64,000 nt of DNA from NCBI RefSeq assembly GCF_020745735.1, contig NC_083429.1, positions 30,795,877 to 30,859,876 of the forward strand. The letters are read 5' to 3'. A program made the position numbers and the translations under genes. Shown here one piece after another: positions 59,590-64,000 of this stretch; within the stretch, counting starts at the first letter, position 1; the number at the start of each line of letters is the position of its first letter. The stretch is from Hemiscyllium ocellatum. Its lineage: Eukaryota. A model generated the notes under the pieces. That model was not told the origin of the DNA. It searched no databases and saw nothing but the letters and a program-made list of their open reading frames with translations.

Positions 59590-60553
59590 AACATAACTGT
59601 GCTGCAGAGAGAACCAAACAAATTCTTCTCAAGGTTATTTATATCCTAACAACACAATCAAGCGGCTTCCTGTCCACTACCACTATGCCCAGTACCACTA
59701 AGCATAAAGTACAGAACATCCTGTTAAATATTTTAGACCACTGAGGTTGGCATATACTCAATGCACATTTTGCGTGGCCTCCTGTTGCAGAATTGGTACA
59801 GAAAAGCAATCGTGTCTGTTTGGAGAACTTTGAGAAAAACACAAGGCAAATTTGAAAGTTGTGTTGCAAATAGCGGCTGCTGTTACATGAGGCACGGCAT
59901 TTGCTGAGGGTAGACATCATGAGGAGTCATTGGGCACACCTCCATGATGCAGTGTGTTCAATAACATTCTGAGTTTGTAAGTTAGAATAATGGAATCTTC
60001 AGTTGTGCAAAACATTATGAGGTATGATTAATCAGATTCATGAATTAAATAGAATTGGTTAAGATAGTAAGTGTTCTTAATAAAAGAAAGTGATGACAGT
60101 GTGAAAGTTTCTTGTTCTAAAGAAGGGTCATTGGATCCGAAATGTTAATTCTGCTTTCTCTCCACAGATGCTGCAGACCTCCTGAGTGTTTACAACAATT
60201 TATGTTTTTTTTTTGTTTTCCTTCGAGGCCAAAGTTTATTTGAGTGCTAGCAGCACATGGATTGTCTCTCCCCCTCCATCACTGAAGTAATAGGTCATTG
60301 AAGACTGATGGCACGGGAACAAGAATGGAACTGTACTGAGGAAGATTCTGGTCAGAATCTTATAGGTGTCTGACTGAAGCAGGGTAATGCGAGATGTGTG
60401 GCAGAATCAGGTGACAAGTGAGGTGAGGCCTAGCTCAATGTTGGGAATAATCCACGCCATCTTCTCTGCCTTTTACATGCAGCAGGGCAAGATTCTCATC
60501 AGGCAACAGTGAGTTGTCAATTGACAGTCATTAGTTGTTAAACACCTTGCTAA

Positions 60554-60768
60554 TGTGATTTCGAGATGCCAGTGTTGGACTGGGGTGTACAAAGTTAAAA
60601 ATCATACAACACCAGATTATAGTCCAACAGGTTTAGTTGGAAGCACTAGCTTTTGGAGCGCTGCTTCTTCATCAGGTGGTTGTCATACCTGATGAAGGAG
60701 CGTCGTTCCGAAAAATAGTGCTTCCAATTAAACCTGTTGGACTATAACCTGGTGTTGTGTGATTTTTA
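60554..60768. mobile_element. Fold-back hammerhead element, family C, with 10-bp TSD
   Basis: Inverted arms of about 85 bp; CTGATGA-A-GGAGC(GTC)GTTCC-GAAA at 60689-60713; TSD accttgctaa at 60544-60553 and 60769-60778. Related copies at 9720-9880 and 49530-49615. Confidence 0.8.
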
Positions 60769-60884
60769 ACCTTGCTAACAGCCCACTCTCTTTTTGAACA
60801 TTCAACCTCCCATTTTCATAACCAAATAAATTCAATGTCAGGAAAACTCAGCAAAGAAATCAGAGCCTGCATTTTGCTGCTTTT

Positions 60885-61230
60885 TCTAATATTCATTCAC
60901 GGGAAGAGGGTTGTGCCAGCATTCCTTGCCCATCTCTCATTGCCCTGAGGGTAGTTGAGAGTCATTGCTGTGGGTCGGACTCATACGAAAGCCTGACCAG
61001 GGGAGAATGGCAGATTTCCTTCCCTAGAGGACTTTTTGAACTAGATGGTTTCTCCCAACAATCAGCAATGGTTTCACAGTCATCAGTAATTTCTTAATTT
61101 TAGCTTTTTAAAATTGATTTTAAATTCCACTATTCCATGGTAGAATACAAATCTGCATACCCAGAACATTATTTGAGTTTCTAGATTGATAGTCTTGCAA
61201 TAATACCACCAGGCCATGGCATTCCCCCAT
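60885..61230 (-). mobile_element. tRNA-derived SINE with L2-type 3' tail (related partial copy at ~20-260, plus strand)
   Basis: Head ggggaatgccatggcctggtggtatt; tail ...gggcaatgagagatgggcaaggaatgctggc..tgaatgaat. Confidence 0.6.
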
Positions 61231-64000
61231 CACTTGCTCCAAATGATCTCCATGTTGCCTGTGAGCAAACTGCAGCCCAGGGATGATTCCCAGGCATTAG
61301 CCGCGCAGACCCTTCTTCACAGACATCGGCATGCAGCATTTATCATCTCGACCATCCTGGCACCTCATCAATACACTGGTGGGGTGCTCTGGAGACACAG
61401 ACGTTCATTGCACACAGCAAATAGCATTGAAAGGCTGCAGTGGGGATACTTTGTATTGAAGCACAGGCAACCATCTCACAGACTGGACCACACTGCAGCT
61501 TAAGACTGCATAGTTATTCTCTTAACGTTCTCTCACCTAGCACCTAACTGTAAGGCATCACTGCCTTGCTTTGTCACGTCCGTTAACAAAGTCACACAGC
61601 AGGCAACTGCCCTAAGCAAAAATAGAGATTGCTGGAACAGCTCAGCAGGTGTGACAGCATCTGTGGAGAGGAATCAGAGTTAACGTTTCAAATCTCGCTG
61701 GGTACCATCAATTCTGAGGAAGGGTCACTTGACCCGAAATGTTAATTCTGATTTCACTCCACAGATACTGCCAGACCTGCTGAGTAACTCTATTTTTGTT
61801 TTTGGTTTACAGCATCGGCTGTGTGGCATCATGCTGTGCCTCTCCTGGCAGCATGGTGTGCCAGCAACATAGGCAGTAAACACACAGCTTGTGAATTAAG
61901 CAGGCAGCCATGCACTGGATGCCTCAGGGAATAGTCCTTAATGAAGTCTATGGAGACAGCTGTCAGACAAGCAATTCAGACATTGTAAGTCAGAGCAGCC
62001 TCCAATATCAGACCAGGGATTGGTTGGAGTTATATTGCACATGGAGTCAGTGCCTCTGCAGTGCAGAGAATGTGTCTCAGTCAGTCCTTTGCTTTCATAG
62101 TGCTTCCAGTGGTTCTTGTTAATGTAGTCTGGGAGATGTCTATCCACCAGACATGGGTTTGAGTACAGCTTGCCGAGGGTTGTCCAGTCACCTTGGTCCC
62201 TGGGCCAGTCCACCAAAGTGGGGATGTAAGTACAGCCGTTGTCATGGGATCAAGAATCGGAGTGTTACTCTCTTCACACTCTAGATAAGTTTGCAGAACA
62301 TGGGCAGCAAGATTTGAAAAAAGGAGGACATACAGAGAAGCATGGCTGAGAAGTATGTAAAATGGGAGGGAAAGTTGTCAATGGTTAGGAGCACCATGGC
62401 TTCAAGGAGTGGCAGTGTATGACCAGACCATGCATGGTCAGCTCACCTTCTTTCCCTCTCTCTCCTATTTATCTTATTGTTCCGTAGAAGGAGCAGAGGG
62501 AGCTCGCTCAATTTAAGCTCATTGACCCTAAGTGTTTGGTGGAGCAGCTCCAGGGTGCTTCTGTGTAGTCAGACCAGATGAGCTGAGGGTTGTCCTTTTA
62601 GAGAAAAGTTAAACCTCCTCAGCTTGAACTTCCAATGATCGATTGGAGGCAGGCAGGGTTGAAGTGGAGGGCCTAGCCACCTTTGCAGTGATCCCGAGTG
62701 GAAAGTGTCCAGTGGCTTGGTTCCACCTCTGGAATGGTGTCTCCTTACAAGGTCCCGTCTCCTTGTAAGGAGGAGGCACCTGCACTGCAGTCAAAGCTTT
62801 AAAGACCCTGACCCAATTCTGTCACCAGGTCTTCCATCCTGATGACCAACATGTGCCCATCTCCAGCAATCTCTATTGGTATTGGGCCTGGTTCTGTGTG
62901 ACAGCTGCCAACTTGTCCATGATAGCAGTCAGGCAGTTGGATGATTCGCTGCAATGGGGCATTAAGGGCCATTGTGCTCCACATGCTTATCTGCTGCTCC
63001 TGTTCCTCCCTGACTGCCGACACCACAGATTCCTCTCTTGCCTGGGGCTGACTAGTCTCTGGCAGTCTGTTGCTGGATCAAATGTCCTGGAATTTCCACC
63101 ATAATGGCATTGTGAGCTTACCTACCACATGTTTGCTACAGCCGTTCAGGAAGGCAGCTCACCACAAGCATCCACAGGTCAGCTAGGGACGGGCAATAAA
63201 TGTTGGATCAGCCAATAACACCCACATCTCATGAGTGAATGAGAAAAGCCCACTTAGTGGAAAAAATATTCTGGAAATGTGTGTGGCAAGATGGAATTGA
63301 AATTGGATGTGAGAGTGACTTTTGGGGTGGGGTGGGGTAGATGAGTCTGGTCAGATAGAAAGAGAAGACTCACCAGGTCTCATGACAAACAGCCCTCTAA
63401 AAACCATAATATAACTTGGACTTGGCTAAATAAAGTTTTGAGTATCAACCTTTATTATTAATTCTGACTGTTTCTGATTCCATATTGGGAAACAGTCCAA
63501 ATGAACACTCTCGATGGGGTGAGGATGAGGTTTAATAATGTCACCCTACCTCTGTGGCTCGAGTCACATAGGCAGAAACAAATATTCATCCCTTTGGGCC
63601 CAGAGTTTTCATTCCATTGTCAACAAATGATAGGCATTTAGGTACATGTTACAGCTGTACAAATAACATTATATACTCTTATCAATGATGTAAACTGTTG
63701 CAGGCAATTCACACAAACCAATCCCAAGAACACTAAGGAGCAGATGTTAGTTGTAATTACATGTGTTTTATTATAAAGATATGGTTAATAGATATTAGCA
63801 TTAGGAAACCTAAATCTAATTCACATTTGTTGGTTCTTGTTTAACTGATATTAAAGAAGCTGCACTGACTTCAAACAATGGTGTTTGAAAGCTTTACTTA
63901 TTCATTTATATCTGACGGAAAGGCTTTGCAGTTTATAGAGCATATTTAATGAGTGTAATTAAAAATGACCGTGGCCCCTTTAAGCCAGACAAACTGATAA

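Noticed and set aside
370-61815. Recurring palindromic repeats as CRISPR arrays or classical MITEs
   Set aside because: Eukaryotic context, dispersed rather than regularly spaced, variable-length TSDs and hammerhead motifs tie them to Penelope-like retroelements

Overview
Vertebrate genomic DNA, AT-rich and repeat-dense. It is most likely a shark or other cartilaginous fish, inferred from HE1/V-SINE-type SINEs with (TCTAA)n tails, CR1 3' ends and Penelope-like elements. Two immunoglobulin-superfamily genes lie tail-to-tail. (1) A minus-strand gene (34072-54932) that I could reconstruct by hand as 7 phase-compatible GT-AG exons giving one open frame of 1263 nt (420 aa). Its parts are a signal peptide, a V domain with a germline J-like GPGTxLxV motif (NKp30/CD28H/SIRP-like), a C1-set domain, a C2/I-set domain, a TM with an N-terminal Arg, a CxC micro-exon and an acidic tail ending in SKL. 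(2) A plus-strand gene with one B7-like V exon (10032-10328) and candidate stalk and hydrophobic terminal exons that resemble a GPI-anchor signal; its start codon was not found. The rest is mobile DNA: a decayed Gmr1-type Ty3/Gypsy LTR element (PR-IN-RT-RH order) nested in a CR1, a Penelope-like remnant, many CR1/L2 fragments, SINEs, Tc1/mariner MITEs and a Harbinger Myb remnant. About 17 short, often fold-back elements carry minimal hammerhead-ribozyme motifs, several with variable-length TSDs. All gene models and family names come from manual reading; no database search or alignment was run, and many repeat boundaries are approximate.
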